From an uncultured Prolixibacteraceae bacterium (GTDB lineage: Bacteria > Bacteroidota > Bacteroidia > Bacteroidales > FEN-979), in the NCBI GenBank assembly GCA_964429135.1, contig CAYSAU010000007.1, positions 18,456 through 82,455 of the forward strand: a stretch of DNA of 64,000 bases, given 5' to 3'. Below the pieces are notes generated by a model, which was not told the origin of the DNA, did not search any database, and worked only from the letters and a program-made list of their open reading frames with translations. Numbering within the stretch: position 1 is the first letter of the stretch; each line of letters begins with the position of its first letter. Of this stretch, positions 27,944-38,633 are shown in pieces. A program made the position numbers and the translations under genes.

Positions 27944-29011
27944 GTGCGAACACTGATACGAACCTTTCTCCTGATCTGTTTTTTTCTACTTATCGCTACC
28001 GTGCAAACCATTGCTCAAAGCGGCGGATACAGTACCTACCGTTTTCTTAGCCTGACCAACTCGGCCAGGGTAGCAGGTCTGGGAGGAGATTTCCTCGCCA
28101 TCAAAGACAACGACATTACCCTGACCCTTGCAAATCCGTCTTTGATCACATCTGAAATGAATAATAACCTCTCGCTGAGCTTTGTTAATTATTTTACCGG
28201 GCTCAATTACGGATATGTGATGTTTTCCCATACATTCAATAAAGCAGGTAGTTTTGTCGGAACTTTCCAGTTCTTCGATTACGGTAAATTTACCGAAACC
28301 GATGCTGCCGGAAATATCCTGGGTTCTTTTTCTGCTGCCGATTATGCCTTGACGATTGGCTGGGGAAGACAACTCAGTCCGCATTTCTCCATAGGCGCAA
28401 ACGGAAAACTCATCTATTCCCAGATGGCTGATTATAATTCTTTCGGGATAGCAGTGGATGTTGCGGGAACATATAGTACAAAGGATGATCTTTTTACAGC
28501 TTCCCTGATTGGTCGGAATATTGGTGCTCAGATTATTGCATACCGACCGGGTGAACGTGAACCCCTTCCTTTCGAAATTCAGATCGGACTATCACAAAAA
28601 CTCAGACATATTCCGGTCAGATTTTCTCAATTAATAACCCATCTGGAAAGATGGGATCTTTCCTATACAGACCCGGATGATCCGGCAAATGCTGCAGACC
28701 CCATCAGCGGGGAGACAAAACAGAAAACTGGAATCGGGAAATTTGCAGACAACCTGATGCGTCATATCGTTCTCGGTGCTGAAGTTACCATTGCAAAAAC
28801 CCTCTCGCTCCGCCTGGGATATAATTACCTGCGCCGACAGGAACTTAAATTGAACAACAGGGCAGGACTGGCTGGATTTACAGTAGGTGCAGGACTCCGG
28901 ATAAAAATGTTCAACCTGAGTTATACCCGGTCAACCTTCCAGGCTGGTGGTAGTAATCCGAATTATATTACGGTGACAGTTAGCCTTCAGGATTTTTCTA
29001 AAAAGAAATGA
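27944..29011 (+). CDS. porQ: Type IX secretion system protein PorQ-like outer-membrane beta-barrel (GTG start)
   Basis: Signal peptide followed by GGYSTYRFLSLTNSARVAGLGG, which I recall as the PorQ N-terminal signature. Confidence 0.6.
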   Translation: MRTLIRTFLLICFFLLIATVQTIAQSGGYSTYRFLSLTNSARVAGLGGDFLAIKDNDITLTLANPSLITSEMNNNLSLSFVNYFTGLNYGYVMFSHTFNKAGSFVGTFQFFDYGKFTETDAAGNILGSFSAADYALTIGWGRQLSPHFSIGANGKLIYSQMADYNSFGIAVDVAGTYSTKDDLFTASLIGRNIGAQIIAYRPGEREPLPFEIQIGLSQKLRHIPVRFSQLITHLERWDLSYTDPDDPANAADPISGETKQKTGIGKFADNLMRHIVLGAEVTIAKTLSLRLGYNYLRRQELKLNNRAGLAGFTVGAGLRIKMFNLSYTRSTFQAGGSNPNYITVTVSLQDFSKKK

Positions 29012-29886
29012 ATGTAACCATTGATCCACATTCCGGTTTCTGCTTCGGAGTGGTTTATGCCATAGAAGTGGCAGAAAGGGAATTGGCAAAATCTCCGCGC
29101 TTATACTGTCTTGGAGACATTGTACATAATAACATGGAGGTAAATCGCCTCCGGGAACTGGGGCTGATCATTATTAATCATGATGATCTCAAAGAATTAC
29201 ATCATGTTAAAGTCCTGATCCGGGCTCACGGTGAACCTCCCACTACATACCAGATTGCCCTGAACAACGATATTGAGCTGATTGACGCTTCCTGTCCCAT
29301 TGTGCTGAATCTCCAGCATGTTATTCATAAGGGGTTTCAGGAGATGAAAGCCAGGAATGGTCAGATTGTTATCTATGGTAAAGAAGGACATGCAGAGGTC
29401 AATGGTTTAAAGGGGCAAACAAATGGAAGTGCCATCATCGTGGGGGATGAAAATGATCTGGATAAGATAGATTTTTCAAAACCCATTCGATTGTACAGCC
29501 AGACGACAAAAGGAGTGGATGGATTTCATGATCTGGTTGGTTTGATCGAAAAACGCCTTAGCATTGAAAGTCAAGGAACACCATACGATTTCGAATGGAA
29601 TGACAGCATATGCCGACAGGTTTCCAACCGTTCCGGATTGTTGAGGGAATTTGCCACTCGCTTTGACATTGTTGTTTTTGTCAGTGGTAAAAAGAGTTCC
29701 AATGGGTTAATCTTATATCAGGTATGCAAAGATGTTAATCCGAATACATACTTTGTTTCAAGTCCTGAGGAACTAAAAAAAGAATGGTTTGAGGGACTTT
29801 CTGAAGTCGGAGTATGCGGGGCTACTTCTACACCCATGTGGCTGATGGAAAAAGTCGGTGTTCAAATCTTGCAAATGGGAAACTGA
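29008..29886 (+). CDS. ispH: 4-hydroxy-3-methylbut-2-enyl diphosphate reductase
   Basis: Shows GFCFGV, IVHN, DASCP, SQTT and SSN. ATGA overlap with the upstream gene. Confidence 0.9.
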   Translation: MNVTIDPHSGFCFGVVYAIEVAERELAKSPRLYCLGDIVHNNMEVNRLRELGLIIINHDDLKELHHVKVLIRAHGEPPTTYQIALNNDIELIDASCPIVLNLQHVIHKGFQEMKARNGQIVIYGKEGHAEVNGLKGQTNGSAIIVGDENDLDKIDFSKPIRLYSQTTKGVDGFHDLVGLIEKRLSIESQGTPYDFEWNDSICRQVSNRSGLLREFATRFDIVVFVSGKKSSNGLILYQVCKDVNPNTYFVSSPEELKKEWFEGLSEVGVCGATSTPMWLMEKVGVQILQMGN

Positions 29887-29887
29887 T

Positions 29888-30985
29888 ATGTATTTGCAAA
29901 AATTGATATTGACTAATTTTAAAAATTTCGAACAGGCTGATTTTGAATTTTCAGAAAAGATCAACTGTTTCATTGGAAATAACGGTGTAGGGAAAACCAA
30001 TCTGTTGGATGCTATTCATTACCTTTCATTCTGTAAAAGTTTTTTTAATCCACTGGATATCCAAAATATCCGACATGAAAATGATTTTTTTGCCATACAT
30101 GGCACTTATTACTGTGATTTCGAAAAAGCGGAACTCGTTCAGTGCATTCAAAAGAGAAACCAAAGAAAGAAGTTCTTACTCAATAAAAAGGAGTACGACC
30201 GCCTGGCCGATCATATCGGGAAATTCCCCTTGGTGATGATCTCTCCTTATGACAGTGATTTGATCAATGATGGCAGTGAGCTCAGGAGAAAGTATATTGA
30301 CAGCGTTATTTCGCAGTTCGATAAAGTATACCTGGATGACCTGATCCAGTACAATAAAGCACTTTATCAGCGCAATACCTTGCTGAAACAATTTGCAATG
30401 AATGCTTATTTTGATGATGGTATTCTGGAGGGTTGGGACGAACAACTCATCCGTTTTGGGCAGGAGATTTTTGAAAAGAGAAAAAATTTTCTGGACCAAC
30501 TGACTCCTGTCTTCCGGCACTATTTTCAATGGATCAGCGGGGGTTTGGAAATCGTGGACATCAGGTACCAGTCACAGCTTATGCATGGCTCTTTCAGGGA
30601 ATTGATGAAAAAATCACGGTCCAGGGATAGTGCCGCTCAATATACGACCACAGGCATTCATAAAGATGATTTGGAGCTTGAAATCGATGGATTTCCGATA
30701 AAAAAATATGGATCCCAGGGGCAACAGAAATCATTTTTGATTGCCGTTAAACTTGCTCAGTTTGAATATACCAGAAATATCAAGGGATTTGAACCTGTTC
30801 TTTTACTGGATGATGTATTTGACAAACTGGACGATTTCAGGGTTCAGCAACTCATCCAATTGGTCAGCAGAAATAGTTTCGGACAGGTTTTTATAACGGA
30901 TACCAGTGAAAGCCGGATTCGCAATATTTTCAATCAGATGGGAATAGACCATAGCATATTTATCCTTCCTCTTCCATTTCAATGA
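29888..30985 (+). CDS. recF: DNA replication/repair protein RecF
   Basis: Shows MYLQKLILTNFKN, GNNGVGKTNLLDAI, SQGQQKS and LLLDDVFDKLD. The start is set at the MYLQK Met. Confidence 0.9.
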   Translation: MYLQKLILTNFKNFEQADFEFSEKINCFIGNNGVGKTNLLDAIHYLSFCKSFFNPLDIQNIRHENDFFAIHGTYYCDFEKAELVQCIQKRNQRKKFLLNKKEYDRLADHIGKFPLVMISPYDSDLINDGSELRRKYIDSVISQFDKVYLDDLIQYNKALYQRNTLLKQFAMNAYFDDGILEGWDEQLIRFGQEIFEKRKNFLDQLTPVFRHYFQWISGGLEIVDIRYQSQLMHGSFRELMKKSRSRDSAAQYTTTGIHKDDLELEIDGFPIKKYGSQGQQKSFLIAVKLAQFEYTRNIKGFEPVLLLDDVFDKLDDFRVQQLIQLVSRNSFGQVFITDTSESRIRNIFNQMGIDHSIFILPLPFQ

Positions 30986-31008
30986 GCAAAAATCAATAAC
31001 TTTATCCC

Positions 31009-31311
31009 ATGTCACGACCCTCGCGAAATTCGGAAGAACAACCTTTAAAACAGGCCATTGAAGCGTTTTTAAAGACCTATCATCTGGAAGATAAACTCAG
31101 TGAAACAAAACTTCTTCATTCCTGGGATAAGGTTGTCGGCTCAATGATTGCCAGACATACGCAAAGGATATATATACGGAATAAAAAACTTTTTGTTAAA
31201 CTGGATTCCGATGCCCTTCGGAATGAATTATTTTATATGAGGGAAAAGATCATCCTCTCGCTGAATAAGGATGCAGGACGCTTCGTCATTGAAGAAATTG
31301 TTTTGCAATAG
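31009..31311 (+). CDS. DUF721 domain protein
   Basis: About 100 aa, directly downstream of recF, which is the conserved pairing. Confidence 0.7.
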   Translation: MSRPSRNSEEQPLKQAIEAFLKTYHLEDKLSETKLLHSWDKVVGSMIARHTQRIYIRNKKLFVKLDSDALRNELFYMREKIILSLNKDAGRFVIEEIVLQ

Positions 31312-31321
31312 ATAGCGCTCA

Positions 31322-31933
31322 TCATTTAACCAGACAGGATAATACCTTTTCTCCTTCCAAGAACCCTTCCATTTTGTCACCCATGACAATGGGACCAACT
31401 CCAGCGGGTGTTCCTGTGAAAATCAGATCTCCTGTACGGAGGGTCATAAATTGGGATATATGGGAAATAATGGCATCAATGGAAAAGATCATCATTGAGG
31501 AATTTCCTTTCTGAACGGTATTCCCATTCAAATCCAGGTGGAAGTTTATGTTTTTTATATCAGGAAATTTATACTTGGGAAGAAATGTTCCAAGCGGAGC
31601 AGAGTGATCAAAGCCTTTGGAAAGTGCCCAAGGAAGCCCTTTTTGTTTGGCTGAGTCCTGAAGATCCCTGGCTGTTAAATCAAAACCAATTGTGATCTCA
31701 TCATAATAGGTATGGGCAAACCCTTCCTGGATATTTTTTCCCACCTTACAGATCCTGATGACAAGCTCTATTTCGTGATGAATTACTTTTGTAAAAGAAG
31801 GATAATAAAACGGACGGTTACGGATCAGCAGGGCAGTATCGGGTTTAAGAAAAAAAACAGGGGCAGAAGGCATGGCGCTGTTTAATTCTTTGATATGTTC
31901 CACATAATTTCTGCCTATACAAATGATTTTCAT
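31322..31933 (-). CDS. Fumarylacetoacetate hydrolase family protein
   Basis: Shows IICIGRNY..H, FFLKP, EIELV and GTPAGVG. Confidence 0.8.
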   Translation of the reverse strand: MKIICIGRNYVEHIKELNSAMPSAPVFFLKPDTALLIRNRPFYYPSFTKVIHHEIELVIRICKVGKNIQEGFAHTYYDEITIGFDLTARDLQDSAKQKGLPWALSKGFDHSAPLGTFLPKYKFPDIKNINFHLDLNGNTVQKGNSSMMIFSIDAIISHISQFMTLRTGDLIFTGTPAGVGPIVMGDKMEGFLEGEKVLSCLVK

Positions 31934-31935
31934 GC

Positions 31936-32766
31936 TTAAAATAATTCCAGTTTTACAGATCCGCTGTTTTTACTCTTGAGGTATATGGATGTAACAACTT
32001 TTTTCGTGGATAGCGGGAATTCACTTTTCATAATCCAGTCATAATAAGAGGGTTCATCCCTGAAAACCTGAGCAACCAGCTTGCCCTTATGTTTACCAAA
32101 ATTAAAAACCTCCTGGTTCTTTTCATTCCAAACAATATGTCCCACCAGATCAACCGATCGGGTAGAGAAAGAAAAATCACTCAAGGCTTTAATATCATTG
32201 ATCACGGGTTGGCTGACATTCCCTTTACGGTCTTTAAACGTGATATCCTGGTAATGATCAAGCTGGGATTTCAGGATTTCATAGGTGGCCTTCGTATCTG
32301 CTTCGGCACTGTGTGCATTGACCAATTCTTTACCGCAATAAAATTTATAGGCAGCAAAAAGGTTACGGGGTTCCATTTTGTGAAAAATGTTCTGCACATC
32401 CACAAATCTTCTTCCCTTCAGGTCAAAGTCGACTTCAGCCCTGAGGAATTCTTCAACGAGGAGGGGGATGTCGAAATGATTGGAATTATATCCAGCAAGG
32501 TCACACCCCTCCAGGAACTGTAGCAGTTCATGGGCGACCATTTTAAAGGTGGGGGCATCTTTTACATCATCATCGGTGATTCCATGAATCGCGGTAACTT
32601 CCGGGGGTATGGGAATTTCAGGATTGATCCTCTGGGTTTTGATTTTTGTGCTAGTGTCAGGTTGTATCCTGAACAGGCATAATTCAACGATACGGTCGGT
32701 GGCTACTTTGATTCCTGTTGTCTCCAGATCAAAAAAAACCAGGGGCCGGGTCAGTTTTAGTTCCAT
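31936..32766 (-). CDS. DEDDh 3'-5' exonuclease (DnaQ/epsilon-like)
   Basis: Shows FFDLETTG, YNSNHFDIPLL and HSAEADT. Confidence 0.8.
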   Translation of the reverse strand: MELKLTRPLVFFDLETTGIKVATDRIVELCLFRIQPDTSTKIKTQRINPEIPIPPEVTAIHGITDDDVKDAPTFKMVAHELLQFLEGCDLAGYNSNHFDIPLLVEEFLRAEVDFDLKGRRFVDVQNIFHKMEPRNLFAAYKFYCGKELVNAHSAEADTKATYEILKSQLDHYQDITFKDRKGNVSQPVINDIKALSDFSFSTRSVDLVGHIVWNEKNQEVFNFGKHKGKLVAQVFRDEPSYYDWIMKSEFPLSTKKVVTSIYLKSKNSGSVKLELF

Positions 32767-34031
32767 CAGATAGATTGGTTAGGGTTAAAATCTTCAAGGT
32801 ATGATACCAATCGGGTTAAAAACTGTCCTGCCAATGCGCCATCAATAACCCGGTGATCGTAAGTAATGGAAATCATCATAACCGGACGGATCGCGATGCT
32901 GTCGCCTGCTTCATTTTCAATCACCACAGCTTTCTTTTTAATAGCACCAACAGCGATGATTGCGGTCTGAGGCTGGTTGATGACAGGGGTGCCCATCAGG
33001 GTGCCGAAGGATCCAAGATTGGTTAGCGAAATCGTTCCGCCTGAGATGTCATCGGGAAGCAGTTTATTTTTTCTGGCCCTTTCAGCCAGGTCATTCACTT
33101 CCTTGATAATACCCAACAAGCTTTTCTGATGAGCATTCTTAATTACCGGCACGATCAGGTTAAAATTCGGAAGGGCAACCGCCATACCGATGTTGATAGG
33201 ATCATGGATAATGATCTTGGTTCCGTCAACGGAGACATTGACCATGGGGTAATCCCTGACCGTTTTGGCGATGGCTTCAATGAAAACCGGTGTGTAGGTG
33301 AGCTTTTCTTTCTCCCGCTTCAGAAAATTCTCCTTATTTTTTTCCCTCCATTGAACAATCCGTGACATATCCGCTTCCATGAATGAAGTGACATGAGCCG
33401 AGGTACGCAGTGAATTAACCATGTGGCTGGAAATCAACTGCCGGATACGGTCCATCTCAATGATCCGGTCACCTTCCCGGGAAGAAACGTCAGTTTTTTG
33501 TATGTCTGTCGTAACAATGTCAGGTAATTTCCTCTGTTTTTCCTCGGATCGTATGTTAAGATAATGAATCAGATCCTGTTTTGTCAGTCGATCGTTTTTT
33601 CCGGTTCCAGCAATGGTATCAAGTTCCTGAAAACTGATATGCTCCTGTCTGGCAATATTACGGACCAGGGGAGAATAAAAGCGATTTCCTTGCTGACTTT
33701 CGCCTGGATCTTTCTGATCAGGGGAAGCAATGGTTTTTTCCTCTGGAATGATTCGGGGAATGATTGGAACTGTTTGATCTTTGTTTGTCCCGGTGGTTTC
33801 AATGAGGGCGATAGGTTTTCCCACAGCGGCTGTTTCACCTTCCTGAACAATTATCTTTAAAAGTTTTCCTGTGAAAGGGGAAGAAATTTCGGAATCAACT
33901 TTATCGGTCGCAATCTCTGCGACTGCTTCATCTTCTGAGATATGATCACCTACTGATTTCAACCATCTCGTGATGGTTGCCTCAATGACACTTTCCCCCA
34001 ATTTTGGTATAATAATTTCAGATGTTGCCAT
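32766..34031 (-). CDS. 2-oxoacid dehydrogenase E2 dihydrolipoamide acyltransferase
   Basis: Lipoyl domain (IATDKV), a PSBD-like SPLVRNIA, and a catalytic YDHRVIDGA. Confidence 0.88.
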   Translation of the reverse strand: MATSEIIIPKLGESVIEATITRWLKSVGDHISEDEAVAEIATDKVDSEISSPFTGKLLKIIVQEGETAAVGKPIALIETTGTNKDQTVPIIPRIIPEEKTIASPDQKDPGESQQGNRFYSPLVRNIARQEHISFQELDTIAGTGKNDRLTKQDLIHYLNIRSEEKQRKLPDIVTTDIQKTDVSSREGDRIIEMDRIRQLISSHMVNSLRTSAHVTSFMEADMSRIVQWREKNKENFLKREKEKLTYTPVFIEAIAKTVRDYPMVNVSVDGTKIIIHDPINIGMAVALPNFNLIVPVIKNAHQKSLLGIIKEVNDLAERARKNKLLPDDISGGTISLTNLGSFGTLMGTPVINQPQTAIIAVGAIKKKAVVIENEAGDSIAIRPVMMISITYDHRVIDGALAGQFLTRLVSYLEDFNPNQSI

Positions 34032-34069
34032 AAAGAGATCGTTTAATAAAAAACAAAGTTAAGGTTTTT

Positions 34070-36037
34070 CTACGAACGACCTAATTGGCGAAATCCTTTA
34101 ATGATGATATTCAGGTCGTTGGTGAGTTTATAATCCCTCGCGTACAGCATATTAATCCTGGATGTGGCTTCTTCCGGTACATTTTGATTGCGGAATGCAT
34201 CAAGGGGGGATAGAATTCCTTGCTTTATGGATGGTAGTCTTTTTATATCTGATTCGGAGAGCATGGTATAGCCAACCCATGATTTGATGGAAAACAAAAC
34301 CCTGAAAATATTTTCCAGGAGTGTTAATGGATTTTTGACAAAAAAGAGGAATACCGGGTAAAAAATGAGTAGTACTAATGAGACCATGACATCAAGAAGA
34401 CGTTTGTTCCTACGGTTCGATTTTTTAGTAATTGCATTTATATCGATTACATACAGATCTCCTGAAGTGTTGATGGAATTGCTCCCGATGATGGAAAGGC
34501 TTTCCGGAGGCGCGATTTTATAATCAACCTGTTCTTCTTTAAGTTCCGACATCTTATCAATGATCACCTGAGCCGGGACATCCTTGGCACAGAAAATCAC
34601 CTCATCTATTTTATGAATGGTAATGATTTCTTTGATTTGTCCGAGATATCCGATATACCCATTCAGATTTCCCCGGTGATGGAGATAACTAACCAGCCCT
34701 ATGAAAGCAGGATTGATAGCAGTTTTTTGGAGAAGTTCGGAAACCCTTTCAGCCTCCTCTTTTTCACCCACAATAATGAATCGTTTATTTTTTTCAGAAT
34801 TAAGCCTGAAACCATTGAATTTTAAGATGTGCAGCAATAAACGTATAGCCAGCATGGAAATTATTCCCCAGGCAGCACCCAAAAGGATTAAGGCGCGGGA
34901 AAATCGGTAATTTTCACTCAGTAAGCTGTACAGTACCAAAATAATGAGGGTCCCTGTTAACATCCCGAGCGTCAATTTACGTAGTCGGACAGGTTTGTCA
35001 TAACCTCCGTTGAAAAATACACAAAGAAGCCATATGAGGATATAAATCGGTACAACGATCCAGATGAAAGCCTGTGGATAATGACCTCCTTCAGGAAAGA
35101 TAAATACGCGTTCCCAATACCCCCTGATGAAATTAATCCCGCCGAAAATCATGAGGGCATCTAAGAGGGGCAGCAACAATCGGGTAGCAAAACGGTTTAT
35201 AATTGAAAAGAAGGCACGGAGATATATAGCGAAATTGATCATGAGTGAAAAAGAACGTGCATTTTGCCTAGAAAAATGTTTTTTTGCAAAAATGATCATG
35301 GCATGATAGAACATGAACACATAATTGATGCTGCTTTTTTTTGTGCTTTCCCCCTTGTAATGGATAATCCTTGTTTCCGGGAAATAATAGTTTTTATAAC
35401 CGGCCTGGGTGATACGATAGCTCAAATCAATATCTTCACCATACATAAAAAATGCTTCATCAAGCAATCCGATTTCATCCAAAACTTTTTTCCGAAGAAG
35501 CATGAATGCACCTGCGAGGATATCAATCTGATGAATTTTATCCTTATCCAGGTAGCCCAGATGATACTTGCTGAAGATTCTTGATTTCGGAAATAAGGTC
35601 GATAGTCCGAAAATTTTAAAAAAAGAAACGGAAGGGGATGGGAGACCACGTTTGCTTTCAGGTAAAAATTTGCCTTTCCCGTCTATCATTTTTACCCCCA
35701 ATCCTCCGGCTTCAGGATGTTCATCCATGAATCTGAGGGATTTATGCAGGGTGTCATCCTCGACAATCGTATCCGGGTTCAGCAATAAAATGTATTCTCC
35801 ATTCGCTTTCCGTATAGCCTGGTTATTGGCTTTGGAGAACCCTTTATTGTCTTTGTTTTCGATAAGGTAAACCTCAGGGAATTTATCCCTGACCATCTTC
35901 AGCGAACCATCAACCGAGTTGTTGTCTACGACAAATATTTCTGATTCAATGCCAATGGTTGCTTTCTGAACGGAATGCAAGCATTGTTCAAGGAAATATT
36001 TGACGTTATAGTTAACAATGACAATCGAAAGTTTCAT
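34070..36037 (-). CDS. Family-2 glycosyltransferase fused to a polytopic membrane region and a degenerate sugar-phosphotransferase-like C-terminus
   Basis: Shows LSIVIVNYN..VVDNNSVDGS..NKGFSKANN, 5-6 TM helices, and KRLLDVMVSLVLLIFYPVFL, a Bac_transf-like re-entrant helix. No KFRTM or DE core is visible. Confidence 0.75.
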   Translation of the reverse strand: MKLSIVIVNYNVKYFLEQCLHSVQKATIGIESEIFVVDNNSVDGSLKMVRDKFPEVYLIENKDNKGFSKANNQAIRKANGEYILLLNPDTIVEDDTLHKSLRFMDEHPEAGGLGVKMIDGKGKFLPESKRGLPSPSVSFFKIFGLSTLFPKSRIFSKYHLGYLDKDKIHQIDILAGAFMLLRKKVLDEIGLLDEAFFMYGEDIDLSYRITQAGYKNYYFPETRIIHYKGESTKKSSINYVFMFYHAMIIFAKKHFSRQNARSFSLMINFAIYLRAFFSIINRFATRLLLPLLDALMIFGGINFIRGYWERVFIFPEGGHYPQAFIWIVVPIYILIWLLCVFFNGGYDKPVRLRKLTLGMLTGTLIILVLYSLLSENYRFSRALILLGAAWGIISMLAIRLLLHILKFNGFRLNSEKNKRFIIVGEKEEAERVSELLQKTAINPAFIGLVSYLHHRGNLNGYIGYLGQIKEIITIHKIDEVIFCAKDVPAQVIIDKMSELKEEQVDYKIAPPESLSIIGSNSINTSGDLYVIDINAITKKSNRRNKRLLDVMVSLVLLIFYPVFLFFVKNPLTLLENIFRVLFSIKSWVGYTMLSESDIKRLPSIKQGILSPLDAFRNQNVPEEATSRINMLYARDYKLTNDLNIIIKGFRQLGRS

Positions 36038-36090
36038 GAAAACAGCATGAATGAGTTTGTAAAGTTAAGATTTATGAATTAATTTCAACA

Positions 36091-36675
36091 CTAAAATGCA
36101 CCGGCTTCGATCATCTGAACCACCTTTTCAATGGCCTGATCTTCTCCTTCCGGATCATAAGTTGTTTTCAGGTTGTAACCAAATAAAGAAGCCAGGGTTT
36201 GAAAAATAAACGCGGTAAAGCCCCCCCGGAGTTCCCTGACAATTTCAAAAGAAGAGTTGCCTGTTTCCCGGTAGATTAATTTGATCAGAATCTTACCTTG
36301 TGAAAACGTAAGATCCCTGATATCATTCCCGAACTCGTCTTCAAGTTCTTTTTCGGCCATTTTTGTAAAGTTCTTTCTTTCCTTTTCATTACTCATCCCT
36401 TCCAGGATTTCTTTGTACTTCCTGAGCTTAATGCCGGCAAGTTTGGCATAAGGATAAACTTTTCTGACATTGTATACGAGTTTATCATAGCGGGATGCTT
36501 CCCTTTTCGAGGCGAACTGCATGACGGGAAAAATAACGACTGCGTTGACATCCAGCAGAGGGATAGTGTCATTTCCGAGGATCTTGGCGGGAACGATAAT
36601 TTTTACCGTATCCTGAGCTGATGCGACAGCGATTAGGAATGAAGTCAAGACAAGGGTCAGCATTCCTTTTTTCAT
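36091..36675 (-). CDS. DUF4294 family protein
   Basis: Signal peptide. The family is recalled from Bacteroidota genomes downstream of clpX. Confidence 0.55.
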   Translation of the reverse strand: MKKGMLTLVLTSFLIAVASAQDTVKIIVPAKILGNDTIPLLDVNAVVIFPVMQFASKREASRYDKLVYNVRKVYPYAKLAGIKLRKYKEILEGMSNEKERKNFTKMAEKELEDEFGNDIRDLTFSQGKILIKLIYRETGNSSFEIVRELRGGFTAFIFQTLASLFGYNLKTTYDPEGEDQAIEKVVQMIEAGAF

Positions 36676-36699
36676 GGATGCGCCATCTGGTTAAACACT

Positions 36700-37935
36700 T
36701 CAGGCAACTCTTAACCGGGCCATACTTGTATTCTGGAATTTCTCCTCGACAAATTCCCGGTTTACTTTCAGGCTTTTTGTGCTTCCTTTTGAGGGTAGGT
36801 CAAACATGGAATCTGTCATAATTCCCTCTAGGATGGAACGCAATCCCCTGGCTCCCAGTTTATATTCAATCGACTTGTCCACAATAAAGTCCAGGGCAGC
36901 TTCATCAAAGCTAAGTTTAATATTATCCAAATCAAACAACTTGGTATATTGTCTGACCAGGGAATTTTTTGGTTCCGTCAGTATCCTTCTCAGGGAATCA
37001 TGATCAAGGGCATGCATAAAAGTGATGATGGGTAATCGACCCACAAGCTCCGGGATCAAACCGTAAGCTTTCAGATCCACGGGTGAAATATACTGGAGAA
37101 TGTTCTCTTTGTCTATGTATTCCCGCTTTTTATCAACTTTATAGCCGATTTTATTGGTTTGAAGCCTGGCAGCAATTTTTTTATCGATGCCATCAAAAGC
37201 GCCACCGGTAATAAAGAGGATGTTCTGGGTATTGATCTGTATCAGTTTCTGTTCAGGATGTTTTCGCCCTCCCTGTGGAGGAACGTTCACAATAGAACCT
37301 TCAAGCATTTTAAGCAATGCCTGTTGTACGCCTTCACCGCTGACATCCCTGGTAATGGATGGATTATCACCCTTTCGGGCAATTTTATCAATTTCATCGA
37401 TAAAAACAATACCTCTTTCGGCGGCAGCAAGGTTATAATCAGCAACCTGAAGCAACCTTGTCAGGATACTTTCCACATCTTCTCCTACATAACCTGCTTC
37501 AGTAAGGGCTGTGGCATCGGCAATACAGAAGGGGACATTTAGTAAGCGGGCAATGGTTCTGGCCAGAAGCGTTTTTCCGGTCCCCGTTTCTCCAACGAGG
37601 ATGATATTGGATTTTTCAATTTCCACGTCCTCTTCTTGGGCTTTCCTGACGTGGGCAATCCGCTTGTAATGATTGTAAACGGCAACGGCAATAACGCGTT
37701 TAGCTTCTTCCTGACCGATCACGTATTGATCCAGAGAATGTTTGATTTCAGCAGGTTTTAACAGCTTGAAATCGGGGTTTTCCTTGTTTCTGGCAACCGA
37801 TAGCTCTTCATCCAGGATGATCTGTGCTTGCTGGATACAACTGTCGCAGATATGCGCATTAATACCGGCGATCATTACCCTGGTTTCATGTTTCCCCCTG
37901 CCGCAAAATGAACATTTTTCTCCTGATTTTGCCAT
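36700..37935 (-). CDS. clpX: ATP-dependent Clp protease ATP-binding subunit ClpX
   Basis: Zinc-binding CSFCGR..CDSC, Walker A (GETGTGKT) and IVFIDEIDK. Confidence 0.95.
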   Translation of the reverse strand: MAKSGEKCSFCGRGKHETRVMIAGINAHICDSCIQQAQIILDEELSVARNKENPDFKLLKPAEIKHSLDQYVIGQEEAKRVIAVAVYNHYKRIAHVRKAQEEDVEIEKSNIILVGETGTGKTLLARTIARLLNVPFCIADATALTEAGYVGEDVESILTRLLQVADYNLAAAERGIVFIDEIDKIARKGDNPSITRDVSGEGVQQALLKMLEGSIVNVPPQGGRKHPEQKLIQINTQNILFITGGAFDGIDKKIAARLQTNKIGYKVDKKREYIDKENILQYISPVDLKAYGLIPELVGRLPIITFMHALDHDSLRRILTEPKNSLVRQYTKLFDLDNIKLSFDEAALDFIVDKSIEYKLGARGLRSILEGIMTDSMFDLPSKGSTKSLKVNREFVEEKFQNTSMARLRVA

Positions 37936-37939
37936 ACTA

Positions 37940-38620
37940 CTAATGGATATTATCTTTTTTCGAACGTGTCAGAATCTCATCGATCATCCCATATGACTTA
38001 GCTTCCTCAGAGGTCATCCAGTAATCACGGTCAGCATCCTTAAGAATTTTCTTATAGGATTGTCCCGAATGCAAGGAAATGATCTCATAAAGCTCTTTCT
38101 TGAGTTTTTGAATTTCCCTTGTGGTAATCTCTATATCCGATGCCGGACCTTCCGCGCTCCCCATGGGTTGATGGATGAGTATCCTGGAATGTCTGAGTGC
38201 AGTTCTTTTTCCTTTTTCACCGGCACACAATAAAATTGCACCCATGGAAGCAGCCATTCCGGTGCAAATGGTGGCGATATCAGGTCCGATATATTGCATG
38301 GTGTCATATATCCCCAATCCTGCATAAACTGAACCTCCTGGTGTGTTCAGGTAAATCTGTATGTCTTTTTTGGAATCAACGGACTCCAGAAAGAGAAGTT
38401 GTGCCTGAATGATGTTGGCGACATAGTCGTCGATGGGAACGCCAAGGAAAATAATGCGATCCATCATAAGACGTGAAAAAACGTCCATGGTCGCAATGTT
38501 AAGTTGTCGTTCTTCAATAATGGTGGGGGAGATGTAATTCCCGTAGACGGATTTGTACTTCTCCAGTGTCAGACTGCTGATTCCACGGTGGTGGACAGCA
38601 TATTTCGAAAATTCATCCAT
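37940..38620 (-). CDS. clpP: ATP-dependent Clp protease proteolytic subunit ClpP
   Basis: Shows [15 protein letters not shown] and IHQP. The start is set at MDEFSKY. The longer ORF would overlap the 3' end of tig. Confidence 0.92.
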   Translation of the reverse strand: MDEFSKYAVHHRGISSLTLEKYKSVYGNYISPTIIEERQLNIATMDVFSRLMMDRIIFLGVPIDDYVANIIQAQLLFLESVDSKKDIQIYLNTPGGSVYAGLGIYDTMQYIGPDIATICTGMAASMGAILLCAGEKGKRTALRHSRILIHQPMGSAEGPASDIEITTREIQKLKKELYEIISLHSGQSYKKILKDADRDYWMTSEEAKSYGMIDEILTRSKKDNIH

Positions 38621-38633
38621 ATTGATTTTTTTA

